Below, one piece after another: positions 35,751-49,800 of a stretch of DNA of 64,000 bases (its first letter is position 1; every line of letters starts with the position of its first letter). The DNA comes from Eledone cirrhosa (taxonomy: Eukaryota). The notes beneath the pieces were generated by a model. The model made no database searches, was not told the DNA's origin, and was given only the letters and a program-made list of their open reading frames with translations. Both the position numbers and the translations under genes were made by a program. The stretch spans positions 133,362,001-133,426,000 of the forward strand of contig OZ024744.1 in the NCBI GenBank assembly GCA_964016885.1, given 5' to 3'.

Positions 35751-37349
35751 TAAGTTGGGGGTAAGTTAAGTTGGGGTTAATTTAAGTTGGGTCTAATTAA
35801 GTTGGGGTTAAGTTAAGTTGGGGTTAAGTTAAGTTGGGGTTAAATTAAGTTGGGGTTAAGTTAAGTTGAGGTTAAATTAAGTTGGGGTTAAGTTAAGTTG
35901 GGGTTAAGTTAAGTTGGGGTTAAGTTAAGTTGGGGTTAAGTTAAGTGGTGGTTATGTTATGTTGGGGTTAAGTTAAGTTGGGGTTGAGTTAAGTTGGGGT
36001 TGAGTGAAGTTGGGGTTAAGTTAAGTTGGGGTTAATTTAAGTTGGGGTTAAGTTAAGTCGGGGTTAAGTTAAGTTGGGGTTAAGTTAAGTTGGGGTTAAT
36101 TTAAGTTGGGGCTAAGTTAATTTGTGGTTAAGTTAAGTTGGGGTTAAGTTAAGTTGGTGTTAAATTAAGTTGGGGTTAAGTTAAGTTGGGGGTAAGTTAA
36201 GTTGGGGGCAAGTTAAGTTGGGGTTAAGTTAAGTTGGGGTTTATTTAAGTTGGGGTTAATTAAGTTGGGGTTAAGTTAAGTTGGGGTTAAGTTAAGTTGG
36301 GGTTAATTTAAGTTGGGGTTCAGTTAAGTTGGGGTTAAGTTAAGTTGGGTTTATATTAAGTTGGGGTTAAGTTAAGTTGGGGTTAAGTTAAGTTGGGGTT
36401 AAGTTAAGTTGGGTTTATATTAAGTTGGGGTTAAGTTAAGTTGGGGTTAAGTTAAGTTGGGGTTCAGTTAAGTTGCGGTTAATTTAAGTTGGGGTTAAGT
36501 TAAGTTGGGGTTAAGTTAAGTTGGGGTTAAGTTAAGTTGGGGTTAAGTTAAGTTGGTGTTAAGTTAAGTTGGGGCTAAGTTAAGTTGGGGCTGAGTTAAG
36601 TTGGGGCTGAGTTAAGTTGGGGTTAAGTTAAGTTGGGGTTGAGTTAAGTTGGGGTTAAGTTAAGTTGGGGTTAAGTTAAGTTGGGGTTAAGTTAAGTTGG
36701 GGTTAAGTTAAGTTGGGGTTTAGTTAAGTTGGGGTTCAGTTAAGTTGGGGTTAAGTTAAGTTTGGGTTAAGTTGGGGTTAAATTAATTTGGGTTAAGTTA
36801 AGTTGGGGTTTAGTTAAGTTGTAGTTAAGTTAAGTTGGGGTTAATTTAAGTTGGGGTTAAGTTAAGTTGCGGGTGATTTAAGTTGGGGTTAAGTTAAGTT
36901 GGGGTTAAGTTAAGTTGGGGTTAAGTTAAGTTGGGGTTAAGTTAAGTTGGGGTTAAGTTAAGTTGGGGGAAAGTTAAGTTGGGGGTAAGTTAAGTTGGGG
37001 GTAAGTTAAGTTGGGGTTAAGTCAAGTTGGGGTTAAGTTAAGTTAGGGTTAAGTTAAGTTGGGATTGAGTTAAGTTGGGGTTAAGTTAAGTTGGGGTTAT
37101 GTTAAGTTGGGGTTAAGTTAAGTTGCGGTTAAGTTAAGTTGGGGTTAAGTTAAGTTGGGGTTAAGTTAAATTGGGGTTAAGTTAAGTTGGGGTTAAGTTA
37201 AGTTGGGGTTAAGTTAAGTTGGGGTTAAGTTAGATTGTGGTTAAGTTAAGTTGGGGTTAAGTTAAGTTGGGGTTAATTAAGTTGGGGTTAAGTAAAGGCG
37301 GGGTTAAGTTGAGTTGGGGTTAAGTTAAGTTGGGGTTAAGTTAAGTTTG

Positions 37350-40300
37350 GGTTAACTTAAGTTGGGGGTACTTAAGTTGGGTTTAAGTTAAGTGGGGTTA
37401 AGTTAAGTTGGGGTTAAGTTAAGTTGGGGTTAAGTTAAGTTGGGGTTAAGTTAGGTTGTGGTTAAGTTAAGTTGGGGGTAAGTTAAGTTGGGGGTAAGTT
37501 AAGTTGGGGTTAATTTAAGTTGGGTCTAATTAAGTTGGGGTTAAGTTAAGTTGGGGTTAAGTTAAGTTGAGGTTGAGTTAATTTGGGGTTAACTTAAGTT
37601 GGGGGTACTTAAGTTGGGTTTAAGTTAAGTGGGGTTAAGTTAAGTTGGGGTTAAGTTAAGTTGGGGTTAAGTTAAGTTGGGGGTAAGTTAAGTTGGGGGT
37701 AAGTTAAGTTGGGGTTAATTTAAGTTGGGTCAAATTAAGTTGGGGTTAATTTAAGTTGGGGTTAAGTTAAGTTGGGGTTAAATTAAGTTGGGGTTAAGTT
37801 AAGTTGGGGTTAAATTAAGTTGGGGTTAAGTTAAGTTGGGGTTAAGTTAAGTTGGGGTTAAGTTAAGTTGGGGGTAAGTTAAGTTGGTGGTAAGTTAAGT
37901 TGGGGGTAAGTTAAGATGGGGTTAAGTTAAGTTGGGGTTTAGTTAATTTGGGGTTAAGTTAGGGTTAAGTTAAGTTGGGTTGAGTTAAGTTGGGGTTAAA
38001 TTAAGTTGGGGTTAAGTTAAGTTGGGGTTAAGTTAAGTTGGGGTTAAGTTAAGATGGGGTTAAGTTGGGGTTAAGTTAAGTTAGGGTTAAGTTAAGTTGG
38101 GGTTAAGTTGAGTTGGGGTTAAGTTAAGTTGCGGTTAATTTAAGTTGGGGTTAATTTAAGTTGGGGTTAAGTTAAGTTGGGGTTAAGTTAAGTTGGGGTT
38201 AAGTTAAGTTGGGGTTAAGTTAAGTTGGGGTTAAATTAAGTTGGGGTTAAGTTAAGTTGGGGTTAAGTTAAGTTGGGGTTAAGTTAAGATGGGGTTAAGT
38301 TAAGTTGGGGTTAAGTTGGGGTTAAGTTAAGTTAGGGTTAAGTTAAGTTGGGGTTGAGTTAAGTTGGGGTTAAGTTAAGTGGTGGTTATGTTAAGTTGGG
38401 GTTAAGTTAAGTTGGGGTTAATTTAAATTGGGGTTAAGTTAACTTTGTGGTTAAGTTAAGTTGGGGTTGAGTTAAGTTGGAGTTAAGTTAAGTTGGGGTT
38501 GAGTTAAGTTGGGGATGAGTGAAGTTGGGGTTAAGTTAAGTTGGGGTTAAGTTAAGTTGGCGTTAAGTTAAGTTGGGGTTGAGTTAATTTAGGGTTAAGT
38601 TAAGTTGGGGTTAAGTTAAGTTGGGTTTCAGTTAAGTTGGGGTTAAGTTAAGTTGGGGTCAAGTTAAGTTGGGGTTAAGTTAAGTTGGGGTTAAGTCAAG
38701 TTGGGGTTAAGTTAAGTTAGGGTTAATTTAGTTGGGGTTAAGTTAAGTTGGGGCTAAGTTAAGTTGGGGCTAATTTAAGTTGTGGCTAAGTTAAGTTGGG
38801 GTTAAGTTAAGTTGGGGTTAAGTTAAGGTGGGGTTAATTTAAGTTGGGGTCAACTTAAATTGGGGTTAAGTTAAGTTGGGGTTAAGTTAAGTTGGGTTTA
38901 AGTTAAGTTGGGGCTAAGTTAAGTTGGGGCTGAGTTAAGTTGGGGCTAAGTTAAGTTGGGGTTAAGTTAAGTTGGGGTTGAGTTAAGTTGGGGTTAAGTT
39001 AAGTTGGGGTTAAGTTAAGTTGGGGTTAAGTTAAGTTGGGGTTAAGTTAAGTTGGGGTTGAGTTAAGTTGGGGTTAAGTTAAGTTGGGGTTAAGTTAAGT
39101 TGGGGTTCAGTTAAGTTGGGGTTAAGTTAAGTTGGGGTTAAGTTAAGTTGGGGTTAAGTTAAGTTGGGGTTAATTTAAGTTGGGGTTTAGTTAAGTTGGG
39201 GTTAAGTTAAGTTGGGTTTATATTAAGTTGGGGTTAAGTTAAGTTGGGGTTAAGTTAAGTTGGGGTTCAGTTAAGTTGCGGTTAATTTAAGTTGGGGTTA
39301 AGTTAAGTTGGGGTTAACTTAAGTTGGGGGTACTTAAGTTGGGTTTAAGTTAAGTGGGGTTAAGTTAAGTTGGGGTTAAGTTAAGTTGGGGTTAAGTTAA
39401 GTTGGGGTTAAGTTAGGTTGTGGTTAAGTTAAGTTGGGGGTAAGTTAAGTTGGGGGTAAGTTAAGTTGGGGTTAATTTAAGTTGGGTCTAATTAAGTTGG
39501 GGTTAAGTTAAGTTGGGGTTAAGTTAAGTTGGGGTTGAGTTAATTTGGGGTTCACTTAAGTTGGGGGTACTTAAGTTGGGTTTAAGTTAAGTGGGGTTAA
39601 GTTAAGTTGGGGTTAAGTTAAGTTGGGGTTAAGTTAAGTTGGGGGTAAGTTAAGTTGGGGGTAAGTTAAGTTGGGGTTAATTTAAGTTGGGTCAAATTAA
39701 GTTGGGGTTAATTTAAGTTGGGGTTAAGTTAAGTTGGGGTTAAATTAAGTTGGGGTTAAGGTAAGTTGGGGTTAAATTAAGTTGTGGTTAAGTTAAGTTG
39801 GGGTTAAGTTAAGTTGGGGTTAAGTTAAGTTGGGGGTAAGTTAAGTTGGTGGTAAGTTAAGTTGGGGGTAAGTTAAGATGGGGTTAAGTTAAGTTGGGGT
39901 TAAGTTAATTTGGGGTTAAGTTAGGGTTAAGTTAAGTTGGGTTGAGTTAAGTTGGGGTTAAATTAAGTTGGGGTTAAGTTAAGTTGGGGTTAAGTTAAGT
40001 TGGGGTTAAGTTAAGATGGGGTTAAGTTAAGTTGGGGTTAAGTTGGGGTTAAGTTAAGTTAGGGTTAAGTTAAGTTGGGGTTAAGTTGAGTTGGGGTTAA
40101 GTTAAGTTGCGGTTAATTTAAGTTGGGGTTAATTTAAGTTGGGGTTAAGTTAAGTTGGGGTTAAGTTAAGTTGGGGTTAAGTTAAGTTGGGGTTAAGTTA
40201 AGTTGGGGTTAAATTAAGTTGGGGTTAAGTTAAGTTGGGGTTAAGTTAAGTTGGGGTTAAGTTAAGATGGGGTTAAGTTAAGTTGGGGTTAAGTTGGGGT

Positions 40301-40810
40301 TAAGTTAAGTTAGGGTTAAGTTAAGTTGGGGTTGAGTTAAGTTGGGGTTAAGTTAAGTGGTGGTTATGTTAAGTTGGGGTTAAGTTAAGTTGGGGTTAAT
40401 TTAAATTGGGGTTAAGTTAACTTTGTGGTTAAGTTAAGTTGGGGTTGAGTTAAGTTGGAGTTAAGTTAAGTTGGGGTTGAGTTAAGTTGGGGATGAGTGA
40501 AGTTGGGGTTAAGTTAAGTTGGGGTTAAGTTAAGTTGGCGTTAAGTTAAGTTGGGTTTGAGTTAAGTTGGGGTTGAGTTAATTTAGGGTTAAGTTAAGTT
40601 GGGGTTAAGTTAAGTTGGGTTTCAGTTAAGTTGGGGTTAAGTTAAGTTGGGGTCAAGTTAAGTTGGGGTTAAGTTAAGTTGGGGTTAAGTCAAGTTGGGG
40701 TTAAGTTAAGTTAGGGTTAATTTAGTTGGGGTTAAGTTAAGTTGGGGCTAAGTTAAGTTGGGGCTAAGTTAAGTTGGGGCTAAGTTAAGTTGGGGTTAAG
40801 TTAAGTTGGG
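37350..40810 (+). repeat. Higher-order duplication, offset about 1,962-1,994 bp (about 37350-38820 versus 39310-40810), differing by whole-monomer indels
   Basis: C of GTAC at 37371/39333 (offset 1,962); GGATGAGTGAAG at 38515/40493 (offset 1,978). The series GGGTTTCAG, TCAAG, TTAATTTAG follows in both copies. Confidence 0.8.
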
Positions 40811-43800
40811 GTTAAGTTAAGTTGGGGTTAAGTTAAGTTGGGGTTCAGTTAAGTTGCGGTTAATTTAAGTTGGGGTTAAGTTAAGTTGGGGTTAAGTTAA
40901 GTTGGGGTTAAGTTAAGTTGGGGTTAAGTTAAGTTGGTGTTAAGTTAAGTTGGGGCTAAGTTAAGTTGGGGCTGAGTTAAGTTGGGGCTGAGTTAAGTTG
41001 GGGTTAAGTTAAGTTGGGGTTGAGTTAAGTTGGGGTTAAGTTAAGTTGGGGTTAAGTTAAGTTGGGGTTAAGTTAAGTTGGGGTTAAGTTAAGTTGGGGT
41101 TTAGTTAAGTTGGGGTTCAGTTAAGTTGGGGTTAAGTTAAGTTGGGGGTAAGTTAAGTTGGTGGTAAGTTAAGTTGGGGGTAAGTTAAGATGGGGTTAAG
41201 TTATGTTGGGGTTAAGTTAATTTGGGGTTAAGTTAGGGTTAAGTTAAGTTGGGTTGAGTTAAGTCGGGGTTAAATTAAGTTGGGGTTAAGTTAAGTTGGG
41301 GTTAAGTCAAGATGGGGTTAAGTTAAGTTGGGGTTAAGTTGGGGTTAAGTTAAGTTAGGGTTAAGTTAAGTTGGGGTTGAGTTAAGTTGGGGTTAAGTTA
41401 AGTGGTGGTTATGTTAAGTTGGGGTTAAGTTAAGTTGGGGTTAATTTAAATTGGGGTTAAGTTAACTTTGTGGTTAAGTTAAGTTGGGGTTAAGTTAAGT
41501 TGGGGTTAAGTTAAGTTGGGGTTAAATTAAGTTGGGGTTAAGTTAAGTTGGGGTTAAGTTAAGTTGGGGTTAAGTTAAGATGGGGTTAAGTTAAGTTGGG
41601 GTTAAGTTGGGGTTAAGTTAATTTAGGGTTAAGTTAAGTTGGGGTTGAGTTAAGTTGGGGTTAAGTTAAGTGGTGGTTATGTTAAGTTGGGGTTAAGTTA
41701 AGTTGGGGTTAATTTAAATTGGGGTTAATTTAACTTTGTGGTTAAGTTAAGTTGGGGTTAAGTTAAGTTGGGGTTAAGTTAAGTTGGGGCTGAGTTAAGT
41801 TGGGGATGAGTGAAGTTGGGGTTAAGTTAAGTTAGGGTTGAGTTAAGTTGGCGTTAAGTTAAGTTGGGTTTGAGTTAAGTTGGGGTTGAGTTAATTTAGG
41901 GTTAAGTTAAGTTGGGGTTAAGTTAAGTTGGGTTTCAGTTAAGTTGGGGTTAAGTTAAGTTGGGGTCAAGTTAAGTTGGGGTTAAGTTAAGTTGGGGTTA
42001 AGTCAAGTTGGGGTTAAGTTAAGTTAGGGTTAATTTAGTTGGGGTTAAGTTAAGTTGGGGCTAAGTTAAGTTGGGGCTAAGTTAAGTTGGGGCTAAGTTA
42101 AGTTGGGGTTAAGTTAAGTTGGGGTTAAGTTAAGGTGGGGTTAATTTAAGTTGGGGTCAACTTAAATTGGGGTTAAGTTAAGTTGGGGTTAAGTTAAGTT
42201 GGGGTTAAGTTAAGTTGGGGTTAAGTTGGGGTTAAGTTAAGTTGGGGCTAAGTTAAGTTGGGGCTGAGTTAAGTTGGGGCTGAGTTAAGTTGGGGTTAAG
42301 TTAAGTTGGGGTTGAGTTAAGTTGGGGTTAAGTTAAGTTGGGGTTAAGTTAAGTTGGGGTTAAGTTAAGTTGGGGTTAAGTTAAGTTGGGGTTGAGTTAA
42401 CTTGGGGTTAAGTTAAGTTGGGGTTAAGTTAAGTTGGGGTTCAGTTAAGTTGGAGTTAAGTTAAATTGGGGTTAAGTTAAGTTGGGGTTAAGTTAAGTTG
42501 GGGTTAAGTTAGATTGTGGTTAAGTTATTTTGGGGTTAATTTAAGTTTGGGTTAAGTTAAGTTGGGGTTAAGTTAAGGCGGGGTTAAGTTGAGTTGGGGT
42601 TAAGTTAAGTTGGGGTTAAGTTAAGTTGGGGTTGAGTTAATTTGGGGTTAACTTAAGTTGGGGGTACTTAAGTTGGGGTTAAGTTAAGTTGGGGGTAAGT
42701 TAAGTTGGGGGTAAGTTAAGTTGGGGTTAATTTAAGTTGGGTCTAATTAAGTTGGGGTTAAGTTAAGTTGGGGTTAAGTTAAGTTGGGGTTGAGTTAAAT
42801 TGGGGTTAACTTAAGTTGGGGGTACTTAAGTTGGGTTTAAGTTAAGTGGGGTTAAGTTAAGTTGGGGTTAAGTTAAGTTGGGGTTAAGTTAAGTTGGGGG
42901 TAAGTTAAGTTGGGGGTAAGTTAAGTTGGGGTTAATTTAAGTTGGGTCAAATTAAGTTGGGGTTAAGTTAAGTTGGGGTTAAGTTAAGTTGGCGTTAAAT
43001 TAAGTTGGGGTTAAGTTAAGTTGGGGTTAAATTAAGTTGGGGTTAAGTTAAGTTGGGGTTAAGTTAAGTTGGGGTTAAGTTAAGTTGGGGGTAAGTTAAG
43101 TTGGTGGTAAGTTAAGTTGGGGGTAAGTTAAGATGGGGTAAGTTAAGTTGGGGTTAAGTTAATTTGGGGTTAAGTTAGGGTTAAGTTAAGTTGGGGTTGA
43201 GTTAAGTTGGGGTTAAGTTAAGTTGGGGTTATGTTAAATTGGAGTTAAGTTAAGTTGGGGTTAAGTTGAGTTGGGGTTCAGTTAAGTTGCGGTTGATTTA
43301 AGTTGGGGTTAAGTTAAGTTGGGGTTAAGTTAAGTTGGGGTTAAGTTAAGTTGGGGTTAATTTAAGTTGGGGTTAAGTTAAGTTGGGGTTAAGTTAAGTT
43401 GGGGTTAAGTTAGTTTGGGGTTAAGTTAAGTTGGGGTTAAATTAAGTTGGGGTTAAGTTAAGTTGGGGTTAAATTAAGTTGGGGTTAAGATAAGTTGGGG
43501 TTAAGTTAAGTTGGGGTTGAGTTAAGTTGGGGTTGAGTTAATTGTGGTTAAGTTAAGTTGGGGGTAAGTTAAGTTGGGGGTACTTAAGTAGGATTTAAGT
43601 TAAGTGGGGTTAAGTTAATTGTGGTTAAGTTAAGTTGGGGGTAAGTTAAGTTGGGGGTAAGTTAAGTTGGGGTTAATTTAAGTTGGGTCTAATTAAGTTG
43701 GGGTTAAGTTAAGTTGGGGTTAAGTTAAGTTGGGGTTAAATTAAGTTGGGGTTAAGTTAAGTTGAGGTTAAATTAAGTTGGGGTTAAGTTAAGTTGGGGT

Positions 43801-46800
43801 TAAGTTAAGTTGGGGTTAAGTTAAGTTGGGGTTAAGTTAAGTTGGGGTTAAGTTAAGTTGGTGGTAAGTTAAGTTGGGGGTAAGTTAAGATGGGGTTAAG
43901 TTAAGTTGGGGTTAAGTTAATTTTGGGTTAAGTTAGGGTTAAGTTAAGTTGGGTTGAGTTAAGTTGGGGTTAAATTAAGTTGGGGTTAAGTTAAGTTGGG
44001 GTTAAGTTAAGTTGGGGTTAAGTTAGGTTGTGGTTAAGTTAAGTTGGGGGTAAGTTAAGTTGTGGGTAAGTTAAGTTGGGGTTTATTTAAGTTGGGTCTA
44101 ATTAAGTTGGGGTTAAGTTAAGTTGGGGTTAAGTTAAGTTGGGGTTAAATTAAGTTGGGGTTAAGTTAAGTTGAGGTTAAATTAAGTTGGGGTTAAGTTA
44201 AGTTGGGGTTAAGTTAAGTTGGGGTTAAGTTAAGTTGGGGTTAAATTAAGTTGGGGTTAAATTAAGTTGGGGTTAAGTTAAGTTGGGGGTAAGTTAAGTT
44301 GGGGGCAAGTTAAGTTGGGGTTAAGTTAAGTTGGGGTTAAATTAAGTTGGGGTTAAGTTAAGTTGGGGTTAAGTTAAGTGGTGGTTATGTTAAGTTGGGG
44401 TTAATTTATGTTGGGGTTAAGTTAAGTCGGGGTTAAGTTAAGTTGGGGTTGAGTTAAGTTGGGGTTAATTTAAGTTGGGGCTAAGTTAATTTGTGGTTAA
44501 GTTAAGTTGGGGTTAAGTTAGGTTGTGGTTAAGTTAAGTTGGGTGTAAGTTAAGTTGGGGCTAAGTTAAGTTGGGGTTAATTTAAGTTGGGTCTAATTAA
44601 GTTGGGGTTAAGTTAAGTTGGGGTTAAGTTAAGTTGGGGTTGAGTTAATTTGGGGTTAACTTAAGTTGGGGGTACTTAAGTTGGGTTTAAGTTAAGTGGG
44701 GTTAAGTTAAGTTTGGGTTAAGTTAAGTTGGGGTTAAGTTAAGTTGGGGGTAAGTTAAGTTGGAGGTAAGTTAAGTTGGGGTTAATTTAAGTTGGGTCAA
44801 ATTAAGTTGGGGTTAATTTAAGTTGGGGTTAAGTTAAGTTGGGGTTAAATTAAGTTGGGGTTAAGTTAAGTTGGGGTTAAATTAAGTTGGGGTTAAGTTA
44901 AGTTGGGGTTAAGTTAAGTTGGGGTTAAGTTAAGTTGGGGGTAAGTTAAGTTGGTGGTAAGTTAAGTTGGGGGTAAGTTAAGATGGGGTTAAGTTAAGTT
45001 GGGGTTAAGTTAATTTGGGGTTAGGGTTAAGTTAAGTTGGGTTGAGTTAAGTTGGGGTTAAATTAAGTTGGGGTTAAGTTAAGTTGGGGTTAAGTTAAGT
45101 TGGGGTTAAGTTAAGATGGGGTTAAGTTAAGTTGGGGTTAAGTTGGGGTTAAGTTAAGTTAGGGTTAAGTTAAGTTGGGGTTAAGTTGAGTTGGGGTTAA
45201 GTTAAGTTGCGGTTAATTTAAGTTGGGGTTAATTTAAGTTGGGGTTAAGTTAAGTTGGGGTGAAGTTAAGTTGGGGTTAAGTTAAGTTGGGGTTAAGTTA
45301 AGTTGGGGTTAAGTTAAGTTGGGGTTAAATTAAGTTGGGGTTAAGTTAAGTTGGGGTTATGTTAAGTTGGGGTTAAGTTAAGATGGGGTTAAGTTAAGTT
45401 GGGGTTAAGTTGGGGTTAAGTTAAGTTAGGGTTAAGTTAAGTTGCGGTTGAGTTAAGTTGGGGTTAAGTTAAGTGGTGGTTATGTTAAGTTGGGGTTAAG
45501 TTAAGTTGGGGTTAATTTAAATTGGGGTTAAGTTAACTTTGTGGTTAAGTTAAGTTGGGGTTAAGTTAAGTTGGGGTTAAGTTAAGTTGGGGCTGAGTTA
45601 AGTTGGGGATGAGTGAAGTTGGGGTTAAGTTAAGTTGGGGTTAAGTTAAGTTGTCGTTAAGTTAAGTTGGGTTTGAGTTAAGTTGGGGTTGAGTTAATTT
45701 AGGGTTAATTTAAGTTGGGGTTAAGTTAATTTGGGTTTCAGTTAAGTTGGGGTTAAGTTAAGTTGGGGTCAAGTTAAGTTGGGGTTAAGTTAAGTTGGGG
45801 TTAAGTCAAGTTGGGGTTAAGTTAAGTTAGGGTTAATTTAGTTGGGGTTAAGTTAAGTTGGGGCTAAGTTAAGTTGGGGCTAAGTTAAGTTGGGGCTAAG
45901 TTAAGTTGGGGTTAAGTTAAGTTGGGGTTAAGTTAAGGTGGGGTTAATTTAAGTTGGGGCTGAGTTAAGTTGGGGCTGAGTTAAGTTGGGGTTAAGTTAA
46001 GTTGGGGATGAGTTAAGTTGGGGTTAAGTTAAGTGGGGTTAAGTTAAGTTGGGGCTAAGTTAAGTTGGGGCTGAGTTAAGTTGGGGTTAAGTTAAGTTGG
46101 GGTTGAGTTAATTTGGGGTTAACTTAAGTTGGGGGTACTTAAGTTGGGTTTAAGTTAGATTGTGGTTAAGTTAAGTTGGGGTTAATTTAAGTTTGGGTTA
46201 AGTTAAGTTGGGGTTAAGTTAATTTGGGTTTCAGTTAAGTTGGGGTTAAGTTAAGTTGGGGTTAAGTTAAATTGGGGTTAAGTTAAGTTGGGGTTAAGTT
46301 AAGTTGGGGTTAAGTTAAGTTGGGGTTAAGTTAGATTGTGGTTAAGTTAAGTTGGGGTTAATTTAAGTTTGGGTTAAGTTAAGTTGGGGTTAAGTTAAGG
46401 CGGGGTTAAGTTGAGTTGGGGTTAAGTTAAGTTGGGGTTAAGTTAAGTTGGGGTTGAGTTAATTTGGGGTTAACTTAAGTTGGGGGTACTTAAGTTGGGT
46501 TTAAGTTAAGTGGGGTTAAGTTAAGTTGGGGTTAAGTTAAGTTGGGGTTAAGTTAAGTTGGGGTTAAGTTAGGTTGTGGTTAAGTTAAGTTGGGGGTAAG
46601 TTAAGTTGGGGGTAAGTTAAGTTGGGGTTAATTTAAGTTGGGTCTAATTAAGTTGGGGTTAAGTTAAGTTGGGGTTAAGTTAAGTTGGGGTTGAGTTAAT
46701 TTGGGGTTAACTTAAGTTGGGGGTACTTAAGTTGGGTTCAAGTTAAGTGGGGTTAAGTTAAGTTGGGGTTAAGTTAAGTTGGGGTTAAGTTAAGTTGGGG

Positions 46801-49800
46801 GTAAGTTAAGTTGGGGTTAATTTAAGTTGGGTCAAATTAAGTTGGGGTTAAGTTAAGTTGGGGTTAAGTTAAGTTGGCGTTAAATTAAGTTGGGGTTAAG
46901 TTAAGTTGGGGTTAAATTAAGTTGGGGTTAAGTTAAGTTGGGGTTAAGTTAAGTTGGGGTGAAGTTAAGTTGGGGGTAAGTTAAGTTGGTGGTAAGTTAA
47001 GTTGGGGGTAAGTTAAGATGGGGTAAGTTAAGTTGGGGTTAAGTTAATTTGGGGTTAAGTTAGGGTTAAGTTAAGTTGGGGTTGAGTTAAGTTGGGGTTA
47101 AGTTAAGTTGGGGTTATGTTAAGTTGGAGTTAAGTTAAGTTGGGGTTAATTTGAGTTGGGGTTCAGTTAAGTTGCGGTTGATTTAAGTTGGGGTTAAGTT
47201 AAGTTGGGGTTAAGTTAAGTTGGGGTTAAGTTAAGTTGGGGTTAATTTAAGTTGGGGTTAAGTTAAGTTGGGGTTAAGTTAAGTTGGGGTTAAGTTAAGT
47301 TGGGGTTAAGTTAAGTTGGGGTTAAATTAAGTTGGGGTTAAGTTAAGTTGGGGTTAAATTAAGTTGGGGTTAAGATAAGTTGGGGTTAAGTTAAGTTGGG
47401 GTTGAGTTAAGTTGGGGTTGAGTTAATTTGGGGTTAACTTAAGTTGGGGGTACTTAGGTAGGATTTAAGTTAAGTGGGGTTAAGTTAGGTTGTGGTTAAG
47501 TTAAGTTGGGGTTAAGTTAAGTTGGGGTTAATTTAAGTTGGGGGTAAGTTAAGTTGGGGGTAAGTTAAGTTGGGGTTAATTTAAGTTGGGTCTAATTAAG
47601 TTGGGGTTAAGTTAAGTTGGGGTTAAGTTAAGTTGGGGTTAAATTAAGTTGGGGTTAAGTTAAGTTGGGGTTAAGTTAAGTTGGGGTTAAATTAAGTTGG
47701 GGTTAAGTTAAGTTGAGGTTAAATTAAGTTGGGGTTAAGTTAAGTTGGGGTTAAGTTAAGTTGGGGTTAAGTTAAGTGGTGGTTATGTTAAGTTGGGGTT
47801 AAGTTAAGTTGGGGTTGAGTTAAGTTGGGGTTGAGTTAAGTTGGGGTTGAGTTAAGTTGGGGTTGAGTGAAGTTGGGGTTAAGTTAAGTTGGGGTTAATT
47901 TATGTTGGGGTTAAGTTAAGTCGGGGTTAAGTTAAGTTGGGGTTAAGTTAAGTTGGGGTTAAGTTAAATTGGGGTTAAGTTAAGTTGAGGTTAAATTAAG
48001 TTGGGGTTAAGTTAAGTTGGGGTTAAGTTAAGTTGGGGTTAAGTTAAGTTGGGGTTAAGTTAAGTGGTGGTTATGTTAAGTTGGGGTTAAGTTAAGTTGG
48101 GGTTGAGTTAAGTTGGGGTTGAGTTAAGTTGGGGTTGAGTTAATTTAGGGTTAAGTTAAGTTGGGGTTAAGTTAAGTTGGGGTTAAGTTAGATTGTGGTT
48201 AAGTTAAGTTGGGGTTAATTTAAGTTTGGGTTAAGTTAAGTTGGGGTTAAGTTAAGGCGGGGTTAAGTTGAGTTGGGGTTAAGTTAAGTTGGGGTTGAGT
48301 TAATTTGGGGTTAACTTAAGTTGGGGGTACTTAAGTTGGGTTTAAGTTAAGTGGGGTTAAGTTAAGTTGGGGTTAAGTTAAGTTGGGGTTAAGTTAAGTT
48401 GGGGTTAAGTTAGGTTGTGGTTAAGTTAAGTTGGGGGTAAGTTAAGTTGGGGGTAAGTTAAGTTGGGGTTAATTTAAGTTGGGTCTAATTAAGTTGGGGT
48501 TAAGTTAAGTTGGGGTTAAGTTAAGTTGGGGTTGAGTTAATTTGGGGTTAACTTAAGTTGGGGGTACTTAAGTTGGGTTTAAGTTAAGTGGGGTTAAGTT
48601 AAGTTGGGGTTAAGTTAAGTTGGGGTTAAGTTAAGTTGGGGGTAAGTTAAGTTGGGGGTAAGTTAAGTTGGGGTTAATTTAAGTTGGGTCAAATTAAGTT
48701 GGGGTTAAGTTAAGTTGGGGTTAAGTTAAGTTGGCGTTAAATTAAGTTGGGGTTAAGTTAAGTTGGGGTTAAATTAAGTTGGGGTTAAGTTAAGTTGGGG
48801 TTAAGTTAAGTTGGGGTGAAGTTAAGTTGGGGGTAAGTTAAGTTGGTGGTAAGTTAAGTTGGGGGTAAGTTAAGATGGGGTAAGTTAAGTTGGGGTTAAG
48901 TTAATTTGGGGTTAAGTTAGGGTTAAGTTAAGTTGGGGTTGAGTTAAGTTGGGGTTAAGTTAAGTTGGGGTTATGTTAAGTTGGGGTTAAATTAAGTTGG
49001 GGTTAAGATAAGTTGGGGTTAAGTTAAGTTGGGGTTGAGTTAAGTTGGGGTTGAGTTAATTTGGGGTTAACTTAAGTTGGGCGTACTTAAGTAGGATTTA
49101 AGTTAAGTGGGGTTAAGTTAGGTTGTGGTTAAGTTAAGTTGGGGGTAAGTTAAGTTGGGGGTAAGTTAAGTTGGGGTTAATTTAAGTTGGGTCTAATTAA
49201 GTTGGGGTTAAGTTAAGTTGGGGTTAAGTTAAGTTGGGGTTAAATTAAGTTGGGGTTAAGTTAAGTTGAGGTTAAATTAAGTTGGGGTTAAGTTAAGTTG
49301 GGGTTAAGTTAAGTTGGGGTTAAGTTAAGTTGGGGTTAAGTTAAGTGGTGGTTATGTTAAGTTGGGGTTAAGTTAAGTTGGGGTTGAGTTAAGTTGGGGT
49401 TGAGTTAAGTTGGGGTTGAGTTAAGTTGGGGTTGAGTTAAGTTGGGGTTGAGTGAAGTTGGGGTTAAGTTAAGTTGGGGTTAATTTATGTTGGGGTTAAG
49501 TTAAGTCGGGGTTAAGTTAAGTTGGGGTTAAGTTAAGTTGGGGTTAAGTTAAATTGGGGTTGAGTTAAGTTGGGGTTGAGTTAATTTAGGGTTAAGTTAA
49601 GTTGGGGTTAAGTTAAGTTGGGTTTAAGTTAAGTTGGGGTTAAATTAAGTTGGGGTTAAGTTAAGTCGGGGGTAAGTTAAGTTGGTGTTAAGTTAAGTTG
49701 GGGTTAAGTTAAGTTGGGGTTGAATTAAGTTGGGGTTAAGTTAAGTTGGGGTTAAGTTAAGTTGGGGTTAATTTAAATTGGGGTTTAGTTAAGTTGGGGT

